Origin: a virus
Direction: 5' to 3' (one strand)
Virus record (IMG/VR): IMGVR_UViG_3300012942_000035
Coordinates: 31,679-95,678 of that record
DNA length: 64,000 nt
Shown one piece after another: positions 1 to 10,399 of the stretch. The notes under the pieces were generated by a model, which saw only the letters and a list, made by a program, of their open reading frames with translations, had not been told where the DNA came from and did not search any database. The first letter of the stretch is position 1. Every line of letters begins with the position of its first letter. The position numbers and the translations under genes are program-made.

Positions 1-2799
1 TATGATGTATTGAAGTCCATTCCCTACGCTGCGTGGATGTTGGACTCGGTACCGCCGTATGCTGATTGTACCGGGTTCGGTAACAGCGGAGGCAAGAATC
101 CTACCACTTCCAATCCTAGTACCGCCGCTGCCGTGGTTTCCGGCGCGGGGTATTCCAGCGTGTTCTCCAATATCGCCCAAGGTAAGTTCTACAATAACAT
201 ATTCAAGGCCGGTAGCGAAGAAAAATCATTTGCATTAGAGGCGTGGGTCAATCCAGTACAAAAAACTGTAGATGTTCAGGCTCAATCATATATGGAGAAT
301 ATACATCCGAACCCGAGATTGCTGACCGCTACATCTACATGGGGAAGCACCACAGGTACTGGCGGAACTACTACTAATACCCGAGAGACTTCTGGCGGAT
401 GGGCTGGATTGTCATGGTTTAAGGTGTTGTGGTCTACGGCATCAACAGCAGGCAACCCATCGTTGAATGCATGTACTGCACGACCGATAGACCCGAACAC
501 AACGATATCAGTCTCGCTTATGGGTATAACTAATTTCTCTAGAGAAATGAAGCTATGGGTCGATTGGAATGACAGTTCATCATCTTATATAGGCTCGTCT
601 GTGGTGGCTTCTACTCCTACAGCTAACACCTGGACGAGATATACTGGAACATTCACAGCACCGAGTAATGCAGCAACTTTCTCTGTTAGACTGAGAACCA
701 CAGGTACCACTATGGCTGTTGGCGAATATATTGGTGCTACAGCGTGTATGATTTCCAAGACACCCACAGTACAACCATATTTTGATGGTTCAATGCCTGG
801 ATTCGAATATTATGGTTCCGGTAGTACACAAATTTCACGTACTCGTTCTGATGTGTCTCTCACCAATGTTGCTGCATTTCCCAACAAGCTCGGGTATTCC
901 GATACCAATCATACGTATCCGACTTCGGGAAGTCCTGAGGGTCGAGGATATACCCGTAAGACTTTCAACGCAACCACTACATTAACAAGGGGTAACGACC
1001 TATTGTATACCGCCAATTATTGGCCGTTCGTGCCTACGGGATGGTATGTATATTATGCTGTTTGGGTGAGGTCTAGTATTGCTCAGACTGTATGTTTACA
1101 AAGCCAACCGTTATCATCAACCTCCCCGGTAATCGGTGGAGGTGGTTCTGAGCATGGTTCAGATGTATCATTATCACCCAATGTTTGGAAGATGCTCACC
1201 TATTCAACAAACAATCCACTTCCAGATGGAGTAATAACAGTCAGACTAGACATTGATACTGGAAGGTCATCCTCACCTAATCAGTACAATAGCGGTGATA
1301 CTTTGGATGCTTGTATGGCAACGATTATCATGAGTCCGACAAGGATTACTGATGGAAGTGTCGCAGCATTCACCGGATGGTCTCCGGGAGATACCTGGGC
1401 CGGTACATCAGAGGCTTCTGAGTCTTTTATGCTCGTGTCTCAATCTGACCAACAGATACTCTCACATTCGGGATATTATGATGGTTTGAGTATCAATGGC
1501 AATGTGATTAAATTCAGCACGCAATACTCTACCGCGCCGGAAGCAGCATGCACATACGACCTCGGTATTTCTAGAGCGGCACACGTTGTTGGAATCCATA
1601 CAGAGTATATGAACGAGTTGTGGGTCAATGGCGAGCAGGTAGACACTATTGAGTTGACCGATGACCAATGGAATGACTCCTATGTATCATCTGACCCGTA
1701 CTTGTATTCGGGGGCGTCATCATCTTCACAACAGGTGGCGATGAATGGAGTCGCATTTTATAATAATATAACACCGACTCAGATTCAAGCCAACTACGCT
1801 GCCGGTATCAATGTGATTGGACAAGAACACATATATCCAGTATTCGATGGTCTACCGTTCAACCTGGTTCCAGACTTCGATACCGTGGTTGCTGACCAGA
1901 CGTGGGCAACAAATACTGACTTCGAACTAGGCTACAGAGACAGTGTTGACTTCTTTGAAGATAGAATCGTACCTAGTTATGAATCTGATATATCCGTGGC
2001 CGGTACATGGTCAACATCTCTACCGCTCGATTCTGACGGTGATACCTCCATCTATGGCGTACTCGTGGAATGGTCTGGAAATGGAGCACATGTACAAGGT
2101 TCATTGGACAATGAAACATGGTATGACCTGGTAAGTGGTGAGTTGTTCGACCAGATACCACAAGGATATGACCCTACGAACGAGACGTTGTATATCAATG
2201 TGTCATTTGCAGGGGGGTTGGCAGAAGATGATTCATACCTAGACAGCCTACATGTAGTAGAGTATAGAAATGCTAACTTCCCGAATACTACCGGTCGAGA
2301 GTTGACGGCCACATATCCGGCAGTATTGCGCTCAGACTACGAGCCTATCCTGTACAGAAACGACAACGGTGTGTATCTCGGCACCGGTAAATTGACCATA
2401 GGTGCTGATACCGATGATGATGTCATGGCTGGTAAGACCATAGAACTATGGGTGAAGCCAATATCTCAATCACCAGGATTCTATGTAAGTATGAGTGGAG
2501 ATAGGTACAGGAATGGGGCATTGGATTCTACCGCGCCGGTAGGTCAATGGAGCCTTATACACATTGCTGGAACCACAGACACATCCGCTGTAGATATCAA
2601 TATCAAGGGCGATGTGATTGTCGGTCAGATTGTATTGTACCCGGACACATTGAGTGCAGACCAGATTCTCAGCATATATCAGTCATATACCGGTCGTCCT
2701 CATGTGAGATTCACAGATTCCACTGTGGTAAATATTAGCGAGGACGCGGCCCCGATAGACATATATACGCACGATTGGTCTATTGTAGCAGCCGGATGA
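1..2799 (+). CDS. Virion-associated LamG/concanavalin-like protein with carbohydrate-binding modules (probably 5'-truncated by the window edge)
   Basis: Frame is open from base 1. LamG-like motifs (FALEAWV, TIELWVKP, HIAGT) and CBM-like repeats (NTWTRYTGTFTAP, PNVWKMLTYS). Confidence 0.6.
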   Translation, partial: YDVLKSIPYAAWMLDSVPPYADCTGFGNSGGKNPTTSNPSTAAAVVSGAGYSSVFSNIAQGKFYNNIFKAGSEEKSFALEAWVNPVQKTVDVQAQSYMENIHPNPRLLTATSTWGSTTGTGGTTTNTRETSGGWAGLSWFKVLWSTASTAGNPSLNACTARPIDPNTTISVSLMGITNFSREMKLWVDWNDSSSSYIGSSVVASTPTANTWTRYTGTFTAPSNAATFSVRLRTTGTTMAVGEYIGATACMISKTPTVQPYFDGSMPGFEYYGSGSTQISRTRSDVSLTNVAAFPNKLGYSDTNHTYPTSGSPEGRGYTRKTFNATTTLTRGNDLLYTANYWPFVPTGWYVYYAVWVRSSIAQTVCLQSQPLSSTSPVIGGGGSEHGSDVSLSPNVWKMLTYSTNNPLPDGVITVRLDIDTGRSSSPNQYNSGDTLDACMATIIMSPTRITDGSVAAFTGWSPGDTWAGTSEASESFMLVSQSDQQILSHSGYYDGLSINGNVIKFSTQYSTAPEAACTYDLGISRAAHVVGIHTEYMNELWVNGEQVDTIELTDDQWNDSYVSSDPYLYSGASSSSQQVAMNGVAFYNNITPTQIQANYAAGINVIGQEHIYPVFDGLPFNLVPDFDTVVADQTWATNTDFELGYRDSVDFFEDRIVPSYESDISVAGTWSTSLPLDSDGDTSIYGVLVEWSGNGAHVQGSLDNETWYDLVSGELFDQIPQGYDPTNETLYINVSFAGGLAEDDSYLDSLHVVEYRNANFPNTTGRELTATYPAVLRSDYEPILYRNDNGVYLGTGKLTIGADTDDDVMAGKTIELWVKPISQSPGFYVSMSGDRYRNGALDSTAPVGQWSLIHIAGTTDTSAVDINIKGDVIVGQIVLYPDTLSADQILSIYQSYTGRPHVRFTDSTVVNISEDAAPIDIYTHDWSIVAAG

Positions 2800-2845
2800 T
2801 GCATTCTATTTGCTCATTAATGGCTATTGGGGTACAATAATCGTT

Positions 2846-3184
2846 ATGAAGGTTACAACATTAGGTAGGAAAGAAATAGAGCAGGTACCGTGGGGAGTCT
2901 ATCTATGGCAGATGGACGACGGTAAGTTCATCGGAGACGATGATGGTCACTTCCTCATGATTGCATCAACCAAGGGCAATGTCGAGAAGTTGCAGTCCCT
3001 TAAGAATGCAGTCAAGGACTTCGGTATCGAAGAGGGCCACCCGGTATTCTTCTCGGGCAACAGGATTGTCACAGATGAGGAATACGAGGAACAGAGACTT
3101 CGCATGGAGTTCGGCCTCGTTCCAGACCCACTAGATGTTGCAGCCATTGAAGAGGAACGTAGGTTAAGTGGTAAGAGAAGATAA
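2846..3184 (+). CDS. Hypothetical protein upstream of portal (probably leaderless)
   Basis: ATG lies 7 nt after TACAAT (2833-2838), which is 17 nt after TTGCTC. ORF overlaps the portal start. Confidence 0.7.
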   Translation: MKVTTLGRKEIEQVPWGVYLWQMDDGKFIGDDDGHFLMIASTKGNVEKLQSLKNAVKDFGIEEGHPVFFSGNRIVTDEEYEEQRLRMEFGLVPDPLDVAAIEEERRLSGKRR

Positions 3185-4739
3185 GGAAGAGTACGACATC
3201 GAAGAGGGTGTCCAAATCTATACCGTCCGAGACGCGGCGGTAGAAGATAACGACCCCTTCTCCAAAGACTCTAGTTTCATAAAGAACCTACAAGGAGTAT
3301 CCTCAAACAAGAAGCGTTCCATCACCTACATGGAGAAGCGTTTCAAGGGCCGCGATGACGCCGGTACCAAGCAAATAGAAGATATGATTATCACTGGCTA
3401 CAATGCTCTTGAAGTCGTATTGCCACCATACAACCTGGACTATCTTGCTAAACTATACGAACTGAACCCAGAGCACTATTCCGCCGTACAGGCGAAGGTA
3501 TCCAATATTGTTGGTCTTGGATACGAATTCATCCCATCTCCTGCCACCAAGATGAAGTTGGACAATATGGACCCTGCCAAGCAGGACAAGTATAACAAGA
3601 AACTTCTCAGGGCCAAGAACGACCTCAGTGACTTCATAGACTCGTTGAACAGCGAGGATGAGTTTGCTGAGATTCTTACCAAGGTGTGGAGAGATTATGA
3701 GACCACCGGTAATGGATATATCGAAATATCACGCTCGGAGACTACCGGAGAAATAGGGTATATCGGACACGTACCTTCGACTACCATCAGGGTCAGGCGC
3801 AGGCGAGACGGATTCGTACAGATTATCTCAAACCAGGCGGTATTCTTTAGGAACTTCGGTGATGATGATACCGACCCTATTGGTGGAGACTCCAACCCCT
3901 CCGAACTTATCCACATAAAGAAGTACGCACCGTCATCTACATTCTATGGGGTGCCAGACATTGTAGCCGCAAAGGCGGCGGTAGCCGGACAGGACTTTAG
4001 TTCCAAGTTCAATCTAGATTACTTTGAGAACAAGGCCGTCCCGAGGCATGTGGTAATCCTCAAGGGTGCCACCATCGCTCCCAATCTTGCAAAGAACATC
4101 TTGGAATTCTTTGAGACCGGCTTGAAGGGCAAGAACCACAGGTCGTTGTTCATACCGCTTCCGGGTGATACTCCCGAGAAGAAGGTCGAGTTGAAGATTG
4201 AGCCGGTCGAGGCCGGTATTCAAGATGCATCATTCATCAACTACAGGAAGATGAACAGGGATGAGATTCTCATGGCTCACAGAGTGCCTATTACCAAGGT
4301 CAGTATTCCTACCGGCGTGTCGTTGGCTGTTGCCGCCGACGCCGGTAAGACATTCAAGGAACAGGTGTGCCAGCCAGAACAGAGCGTCTTGGAGAAGAAA
4401 CTCAACAAGATTATTAAGCAGATTACTGACGGATTGTTCTTGATTCATCTTAACGAGCAGACACTTACAGATGAGAACACGCAGTCCCAGATTGACGAGC
4501 GTCGTATCAAGACTGGTGTTGAACTTCCGAACGAGCAGCGCGCCCGCCGTGGCCAGGGTGCTATCCCTGGTGGAGATTCCAGGGTTGATTTGAATGCTAA
4601 GGGCGGTAACTCGCTCGGTAATGATAACAGGGCCAAGGGTAACCGCGAGCGTGATGCACAAAGAAGTTCAGCCAGGACAGATACCAACAATGATGGTAGA
4701 AGTCCAAAGGGAGAGGGACGTACCAACGGAGTGACCTGA
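3168..4739 (+). CDS. Portal protein
   Basis: 523 aa; portal-like motifs (DYETTGNGYIE, ELIHIKKY, FYGVPDI, ILMAHRVP, NEQRAR); lies before protease and capsid genes. Confidence 0.9.
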   Translation: MVREDKEEYDIEEGVQIYTVRDAAVEDNDPFSKDSSFIKNLQGVSSNKKRSITYMEKRFKGRDDAGTKQIEDMIITGYNALEVVLPPYNLDYLAKLYELNPEHYSAVQAKVSNIVGLGYEFIPSPATKMKLDNMDPAKQDKYNKKLLRAKNDLSDFIDSLNSEDEFAEILTKVWRDYETTGNGYIEISRSETTGEIGYIGHVPSTTIRVRRRRDGFVQIISNQAVFFRNFGDDDTDPIGGDSNPSELIHIKKYAPSSTFYGVPDIVAAKAAVAGQDFSSKFNLDYFENKAVPRHVVILKGATIAPNLAKNILEFFETGLKGKNHRSLFIPLPGDTPEKKVELKIEPVEAGIQDASFINYRKMNRDEILMAHRVPITKVSIPTGVSLAVAADAGKTFKEQVCQPEQSVLEKKLNKIIKQITDGLFLIHLNEQTLTDENTQSQIDERRIKTGVELPNEQRARRGQGAIPGGDSRVDLNAKGGNSLGNDNRAKGNRERDAQRSSARTDTNNDGRSPKGEGRTNGVT

Positions 4740-4740
4740 G

Positions 4741-5148
4741 ATGACTAGGATGGATAGGATTGCTTTAGGGTTGTTGAAGCCTGTCAATCCATATGGAAGT
4801 CTGATTCTTGGGTTACTAACGTTCGCTTGGGGCATATGGATTGCGATACCGGCCTGGGCTGTGTTCGATTCCGCGCCGCTATTCTCAAGGATAAATCAGA
4901 TAGCCCCGGAATGGGCGGTCGGTATCTTCGCGGTAGCCGTTGGCATCGCCTTGATGATATCGGTGGTCAAAGGCTCCTTCAAATGTCTTAGTGCGGTCCT
5001 TGTCGCTTGTGCGTGGTATTGGACTATCACATCTGGTTTGATGTGGTGGGGAGATTGGAGAAATACCGGTGGCCTCACCTACTCATTCATTGCTATATAT
5101 AGCATTTACCTACATCTGAACATTAAAATGAACTATGTGAAGAAGTGA
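4741..5148 (+). CDS. Membrane protein (about 4 TM segments)
   Basis: Four hydrophobic stretches in 135 aa. Confidence 0.7.
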   Translation: MTRMDRIALGLLKPVNPYGSLILGLLTFAWGIWIAIPAWAVFDSAPLFSRINQIAPEWAVGIFAVAVGIALMISVVKGSFKCLSAVLVACAWYWTITSGLMWWGDWRNTGGLTYSFIAIYSIYLHLNIKMNYVKK

Positions 5149-5200
5149 GATAGAAGTTTAAATTTTGCGTTATAATTACGAGAATGATACTATACTTAAC

Positions 5201-6460
5201 ATGGAACTGATTAAGAGTCATTGGGTTGCCGATGGTAATCGAGTATCCCTCAACATGCCTATTGCCAAGGTTGACAAGGAGAACCGTTTGGTCTCCGGGT
5301 TTGCCACGTTGGACAACGTTGACACATCAGATGATGTGGTAACGTCCGAGGCTAGTAAGGGTGCTTTCAATAGATTCAGGGGCAACGTCCGAGAGATGCA
5401 TCAGCCTATTGCTGCAGGACGCCTGGTAGATTTCCAGGAGGACTCTTTCTATGATTCCAGGTCAAATAAGTTTTATGAGGGTATCTATGTGACGGCCTAC
5501 GTTTCAAAGGGCGCAGAGGATACCTGGCAGAAGGTCTTGGACGGTACATTATCTGGATTCTCTATCGGCGGCAATATCATTGACTCGTCTACTGAGTTTG
5601 TCAAGGAAGCCGGTGAATCAGGCAAGACTGTTAGATTCATTAAGGAGTATGACCTTGTGGAATTGTCGCTGGTAGACAATCCCGCCAACCAGTTGGCCAA
5701 TGTATTCTCTATCGTCAAGTCCAGTGATGGAACATTGATGAAGGGCATGGTAGCAGACACGGTAGTAGTGAATGTGTTCTGGTGCCCTGCTGATGAGATT
5801 GCCAAGAACTCTGTAGCAGAGTCAGAAGATTGTATCAATTGTGGGCATGCTATGGAGCAGATTGGGTGGTTCGAACAGGGCGAAGATGATGCTGTCAAGA
5901 CCGCCAATACTGTTGCCACATTCCTTCGCCAGAAGGAGGAAGATAATGCCGTCACCAAGCAGAATGATACTCATGGCGAAGGGGGTGTAGATATGAGCGA
6001 AAAGATTGAGAAGGATGCAGACGAGGTTGTCACCGCAGACAACGTAGACGCCAATGAGGATGAGGATTCTCAGGTGGATGAGGTCGCATCCGAGAATGAT
6101 GCTGAGGAAGAGGCTCCGGTAGAAGAAGTTCAGGCCGAGCCAGATTTCGAGAAGATGTTTGACGACTTGAAGGATTCTGTCAAGGAGTCCATTGCCAAGA
6201 CTGTTGATGCAGTCGAGAAGAAGGTCGAGCAGGCAACTGCAGCATTTGATGAAAAGGCTTCTGAGTTCGAAAAGTCTCTTGGAGAACTCAGTGATAAGTT
6301 GGAGTCAATCAAGACAGAGCGCGAGGACGTTTCAAAGCGTCTAGATGCTTTGGAGAAGGCTTCCGCTATTAAGAAGTCCGGTGAGGTTGAGACAACCGAG
6401 CCGGTAACCAAGGCTAGGAAGAGTAGTTTCTGGGGTCAGCACTTCTTCGAAGGTGAGTAA
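5201..6460 (+). CDS. Capsid maturation protease fused to acidic/coiled-coil scaffold-like region
   Basis: HK97-type protease motifs (VSGFAT, REMH, LSGFSIGG, ELSLVDNPAN); CxxC motif; acidic coiled C-terminus; ATG 7 nt after TACTAT. Confidence 0.85.
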   Translation: MELIKSHWVADGNRVSLNMPIAKVDKENRLVSGFATLDNVDTSDDVVTSEASKGAFNRFRGNVREMHQPIAAGRLVDFQEDSFYDSRSNKFYEGIYVTAYVSKGAEDTWQKVLDGTLSGFSIGGNIIDSSTEFVKEAGESGKTVRFIKEYDLVELSLVDNPANQLANVFSIVKSSDGTLMKGMVADTVVVNVFWCPADEIAKNSVAESEDCINCGHAMEQIGWFEQGEDDAVKTANTVATFLRQKEEDNAVTKQNDTHGEGGVDMSEKIEKDADEVVTADNVDANEDEDSQVDEVASENDAEEEAPVEEVQAEPDFEKMFDDLKDSVKESIAKTVDAVEKKVEQATAAFDEKASEFEKSLGELSDKLESIKTEREDVSKRLDALEKASAIKKSGEVETTEPVTKARKSSFWGQHFFEGE

Positions 6461-6547
6461 TCACCTAGACCCTAGGAAGTACAAAGAATAGTCTTACATG
6501 AACTTTAATTACGAAACACACGTTTCCAACAGGAGGTGAAACAAAAC

Positions 6548-7582
6548 ATGAGTGATAGTCTAATTGAGAAGGTTGTGACTACCGATGCAGTACAGGACGG
6601 CAATCCCGTTGGTACTGGTGGTCTAACCTACGCACAGGCTGACCGCTTCATCGACTACATGTGGGATGAGACCGTTCTTGGTTCCCTTGTAACGACTCGC
6701 CGTATGCGTGCTGTCGAGGAAGAGATTGACACAATCGCAGTTGGCTCCCGTCTAGTACGTGGTGCTACTGAGGCTGTTGACACTGGTGAGAACGTCGGAC
6801 CTACGTTCGGTAAACTGTCCATCACCGTTAAGAAGTACCGTCTAGATTGGGAACTAAGTTCCGAGTCTTTGGAGGACAACATTGAGGGTGCGGACTTGGA
6901 GGACCACATTGCACGTCTACTTGCTACCCAGATGGGTAACGACCTAGAGGATATTGCAATCAATGGTGATACCTCTTCAAGTGTACCGGGCATCAAGGTT
7001 GATGACGGTTGGAGGAAGCGTGCTGTTGCAGGTGCTCACGTACTTGACAATGGAGGCGACGTACTTAACCGTGCTACATTCAACAGGGCACTCAAGGCTA
7101 TGCCACGTAAGTACATGGCCAAGCGTGCAGGTTTGAGATTCTTCACTGGTTCCAACGCAATCCAGGATTACATCTTCTCCCTACAGCAGACTGAGAATGG
7201 CTTCGTAAGCCCGGAGACACTTGCTGCCGCCGGTATTAACGAGGCAGTTCGTACCGAAGGACCAGCAGGCTTCATCACCGGAAAGGCTTTTGGTGTTCCG
7301 GTTCAGGAAGTTCCGTTGTTCTTGGAGGACCGTGATGGTGATTATGACACGGACTCTGGCACCTCTGGTGTACAGTTGCCGTCTGATAGTCTTAACCACA
7401 CCGACCTTTGGTTGACATTCCCGAAGAACCTTATTTGGGGAATCAAGCGTGACATCACGGTTTACCGTGAGTTCAAGCCAAAGAAGGATACTGTCGAGTA
7501 CACAGTCTACACCCGTCAGGGCGTTCAGATTGAGAACTTGGATGCATTCGTTGTAGTCAAGAATGTAAGAATTTCGGATTGA
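6548..7582 (+). CDS. Major capsid protein
   Basis: About 344 aa after the protease; strong SD (GGAGGTG); HK97-fold-like motifs (ELSSESLEDN, EDIAINGD); followed by a terminator. Confidence 0.9.
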   Translation: MSDSLIEKVVTTDAVQDGNPVGTGGLTYAQADRFIDYMWDETVLGSLVTTRRMRAVEEEIDTIAVGSRLVRGATEAVDTGENVGPTFGKLSITVKKYRLDWELSSESLEDNIEGADLEDHIARLLATQMGNDLEDIAINGDTSSSVPGIKVDDGWRKRAVAGAHVLDNGGDVLNRATFNRALKAMPRKYMAKRAGLRFFTGSNAIQDYIFSLQQTENGFVSPETLAAAGINEAVRTEGPAGFITGKAFGVPVQEVPLFLEDRDGDYDTDSGTSGVQLPSDSLNHTDLWLTFPKNLIWGIKRDITVYREFKPKKDTVEYTVYTRQGVQIENLDAFVVVKNVRISD

Positions 7583-7598
7583 TGTTATCTGATTAAGT

Positions 7599-7635
7599 CT
7601 ACCGCCCGCCCTTTCGAGGGCGGGTGGTGGCTTTA
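7599..7635 (+). terminator. Intrinsic terminator after the major capsid gene
   Basis: CTACCGCCCGCCCT-TTCG-AGGGCGGGTGGTGG hairpin followed by CTTTA. Confidence 0.75.
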
Positions 7636-7679
7636 TACTATGAAGTATGATATACTTCGATTACAGAAAGGTTTAAATA

Positions 7680-8120
7680 ATGGCATTTAAAGATTTGAAT
7701 GTAGAAGAGTTGCAGTCGGTTGCAAACTTCTTCGCAGTTGAGGTTGAGAAGGCAGATGAAAAGAAGTCCGCAACCAAGGCAGAACTAATAGCCGCACTTA
7801 ATGCAGGCGACGACCCGGTAACCTGGGAACAGTATGAGACCATCTACTTGGAGGCCAAGGCAGATAATCAGTTGGAGTCCGACGAGGACGCCGAGGAACT
7901 CGTTGAACGCGACCCGGTAGAGGTCGAGCCCATCGACACATCCAACTATGTATTAGTAAAGTATGAGCGTAATAACCCATACTTCGAAGCAGTAGGATAC
8001 GCATTCAATAAGCGTCATCCGTTCGCCAGTGTTCCTCCTGAGGTAGCAACCCACTTGGTACGTAATGTGGGCGGATTCCGATTGGCACTCCCAGACGAAC
8101 TCGCAGATTACTACAACTAA
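7680..8120 (+). CDS. Hypothetical protein
   Basis: SD-like GAAAGG upstream; 146-aa ORF. Confidence 0.7.
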   Translation: MAFKDLNVEELQSVANFFAVEVEKADEKKSATKAELIAALNAGDDPVTWEQYETIYLEAKADNQLESDEDAEELVERDPVEVEPIDTSNYVLVKYERNNPYFEAVGYAFNKRHPFASVPPEVATHLVRNVGGFRLALPDELADYYN

Positions 8121-8157
8121 GTTGGATTGATAAATCCACCCATGCTACAATAATGAT

Positions 8158-8547
8158 ATGACTGATATAGCGTCTTACGATTTCGTATATGAGCAGGGTG
8201 AAGATGCTGTCATCGCCATTGTATATAGTGTTGATGACGCGCCGGTAGACCTCACAGGATATTCTGCAAGAATGGATGTGAGGTTAGACGGTGTTCTCGT
8301 ATATACGTTCAATACTGATGATTCAGACTCATCCACCGATGATGAGATTACTGTCGATAGCTCAGGTAATGTTGAAGTCACCATTGATAGGTCATTGACA
8401 TTACCGAGCGGTGAGTTAGTCAACTATATCGGAGAGACTCTTACCTTCGACCTATTCTTGCGCAAGCCGATTGGAATCGGCGGTACCCAGAAGAAGATTC
8501 TAAAGGGCACTATTACATTCCAACAGTCAGAGACGTTGTGGTCATAA
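8158..8547 (+). CDS. Putative virion structural protein (BppU N-terminal-like beta-sandwich)
   Basis: PVDLTGYSARMDVR...FDLFL...ILKGTITF pattern; paralog of 9843..10226. Confidence 0.55.
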   Translation: MTDIASYDFVYEQGEDAVIAIVYSVDDAPVDLTGYSARMDVRLDGVLVYTFNTDDSDSSTDDEITVDSSGNVEVTIDRSLTLPSGELVNYIGETLTFDLFLRKPIGIGGTQKKILKGTITFQQSETLWS

Positions 8548-8550
8548 ATT

Positions 8551-9096
8551 ATGAGTGAATCTATCCAAGTAAATGTAACGAGCAGCGAAGTAATCAGCGT
8601 CTTAGAGGGTGCCAAGGGTGATACTGGCGGTATCACGCCAGAACTACAAGCGGCTGTAGATGCAATCTCAGACTTCCAGGGCCAGGTGCCTGGTCTTGAA
8701 CTCGGGTACGCAGAATTGATTGCATCACGCTCGTATGCGGCAACCGGTGCCCAATTGATTACGGGGCTGTCTTGTGCTCTTACGGGAACTGGCCGCCCAG
8801 CCGACGTTGAACTATATCTCCCGCAATGTGCGCATTCTGTAGCTAATACAACGCAGATTGCCGGCGTAAGCTATTATAAAAATGGCGCGTACGTTGGCTA
8901 CGCATGTATAACAGAGTTTTCCACTCCATCCACAAACTATGCAGTTGCTGGTGTAACAGCATACGCAAAGGGCAGAATAATGTTAGAAGCAAATGCTGCA
9001 TATCAATTCTATGGATTGTTTAATATCAACGCCGCAGGCGTTGGTGGGTTTATGGCATCGTCAGTTCCCGCATTCATAGCGGTGACCGGTCGATGA
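8551..9096 (+). CDS. Hypothetical, possibly fibre/decoration protein
   Basis: Short collagen-like GAKGDTG near the N-terminus, then a beta-rich domain. Confidence 0.5.
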   Translation: MSESIQVNVTSSEVISVLEGAKGDTGGITPELQAAVDAISDFQGQVPGLELGYAELIASRSYAATGAQLITGLSCALTGTGRPADVELYLPQCAHSVANTTQIAGVSYYKNGAYVGYACITEFSTPSTNYAVAGVTAYAKGRIMLEANAAYQFYGLFNINAAGVGGFMASSVPAFIAVTGR

Positions 9097-9803
9097 ACAG
9101 ATTCATTAGGTCGCGATATGAGACATTGGATTCTGAGGATGCGATTACACTTGGGGCAATAACATCGTGGACACATGATGAACCTCACGGGGTCGTACTA
9201 TGTCATGGATATGGTGCAAGCGCAGGGTCTCAAACTATAAATGCTTTGACGGTCGATTTGATGTATGAACTGTCTCAATTCGCTACCGTGCGTGCTCAGG
9301 ATTTTGGTGGAATGACGTGGGGAAACGACGCCGGTACAGATAAAGTACATACTGCTATAGCACAGATGCGTTCAACTTGGGGAGTCACTGGTAAGGTAGC
9401 GTTAGTCGGTATTTCTATGGGCGGTTGTGTGGTTCTCAATTACACAAAGAGATTTCCCGACGATGTTGCTTGTGTCGCCGCCGCTATCGGGCTGACGGAT
9501 TTGGGAACTCTCTATGATTCTGAGACCGGCTATGATGCATCCATTGATGCGGCCTACGGAGGCAGTTTCGATACAGACGACAGAAACAATCACAGCCCTC
9601 AGTTGTTCATCAATTCTATACCACCAAGTCTGCCCATCAGTCTGTGGACTTCTACCAATGACCCTATCGTGTATCCAGCATGGCACGCAGCTTTCAAGGC
9701 TGCTCGACCACAGACGGACCAATTCCTTATGGGAGACTTAGGTCATGGCTTTACTAATACACAATCTGCTCTACTTGCACAATGGATATCTGACCATATG
9801 TAA
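9093..9803 (+). CDS. Alpha/beta hydrolase (esterase-like)
   Basis: LCHGYG oxyanion motif, nucleophile elbow GISMGG, DPIV acid, LGHGF histidine. Confidence 0.8.
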   Translation: MNRFIRSRYETLDSEDAITLGAITSWTHDEPHGVVLCHGYGASAGSQTINALTVDLMYELSQFATVRAQDFGGMTWGNDAGTDKVHTAIAQMRSTWGVTGKVALVGISMGGCVVLNYTKRFPDDVACVAAAIGLTDLGTLYDSETGYDASIDAAYGGSFDTDDRNNHSPQLFINSIPPSLPISLWTSTNDPIVYPAWHAAFKAARPQTDQFLMGDLGHGFTNTQSALLAQWISDHM

Positions 9804-9842
9804 ATCTTGGTATCATAAATCACGCTATGATACAATTGCTTT

Positions 9843-10226
9843 ATGGCTGACATTGTATTCCCTGGAAAGACACCGAGTGAGACATTAAACTCTCAGGCGA
9901 TGCCAACTAACGCAGACATAGTTCTGTATAAGGGTGATTACGCAAGATTCTTCATTACCATCAAAGACACCGATGGTAATCCAATAGACCTTACTGGTAA
10001 GACTCCAAAGGCTTCATTGAAGAGAAGTTATAGTGACCAGAATTCTATTAGTTTCACAACCACTATATCATCATCAACTGTTATTGAGGTTTATTTACCT
10101 AGTTCAGTCTCTAAGAGTCTAGTGGTGGGCTCATACATTTGGGATTTACAGTTGACAGACGAATCTGGCGATGCCAGGACATATCTGGCCGGTGATGTCA
10201 CAGTGATGGATGAGGTAACAACATGA
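9843..10226 (+). CDS. Putative virion structural protein (BppU N-terminal-like)
   Basis: LYKGD...DGNPIDLTG...YIWDLQLTD...TYLAGDVTV; paralog of 8158..8547. Confidence 0.6.
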   Translation: MADIVFPGKTPSETLNSQAMPTNADIVLYKGDYARFFITIKDTDGNPIDLTGKTPKASLKRSYSDQNSISFTTTISSSTVIEVYLPSSVSKSLVVGSYIWDLQLTDESGDARTYLAGDVTVMDEVTT

Positions 10227-10399
10227 TAATGGGAATAGTTGAACATGCCCCAGATACACTTGAAGTTGTCGATAAACCCAACGAGCCACACATCATTACA
10301 TCTAATACTAACATCACGCATGTTATCAAAGGAGTGAGCGTTGACAGCGATACGGTTGCTATAGTTGTTAATCCTGTCAACTCGATAGTCTATATCTAA
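10223..10399 (+). CDS. Small hypothetical protein (58 aa, not in ORF track)
   Basis: ATGA overlap with the upstream stop and TAATG overlap with the downstream start (MIMGIVEHAP...NSIVYI). Confidence 0.6.
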   Translation: MIMGIVEHAPDTLEVVDKPNEPHIITSNTNITHVIKGVSVDSDTVAIVVNPVNSIVYI

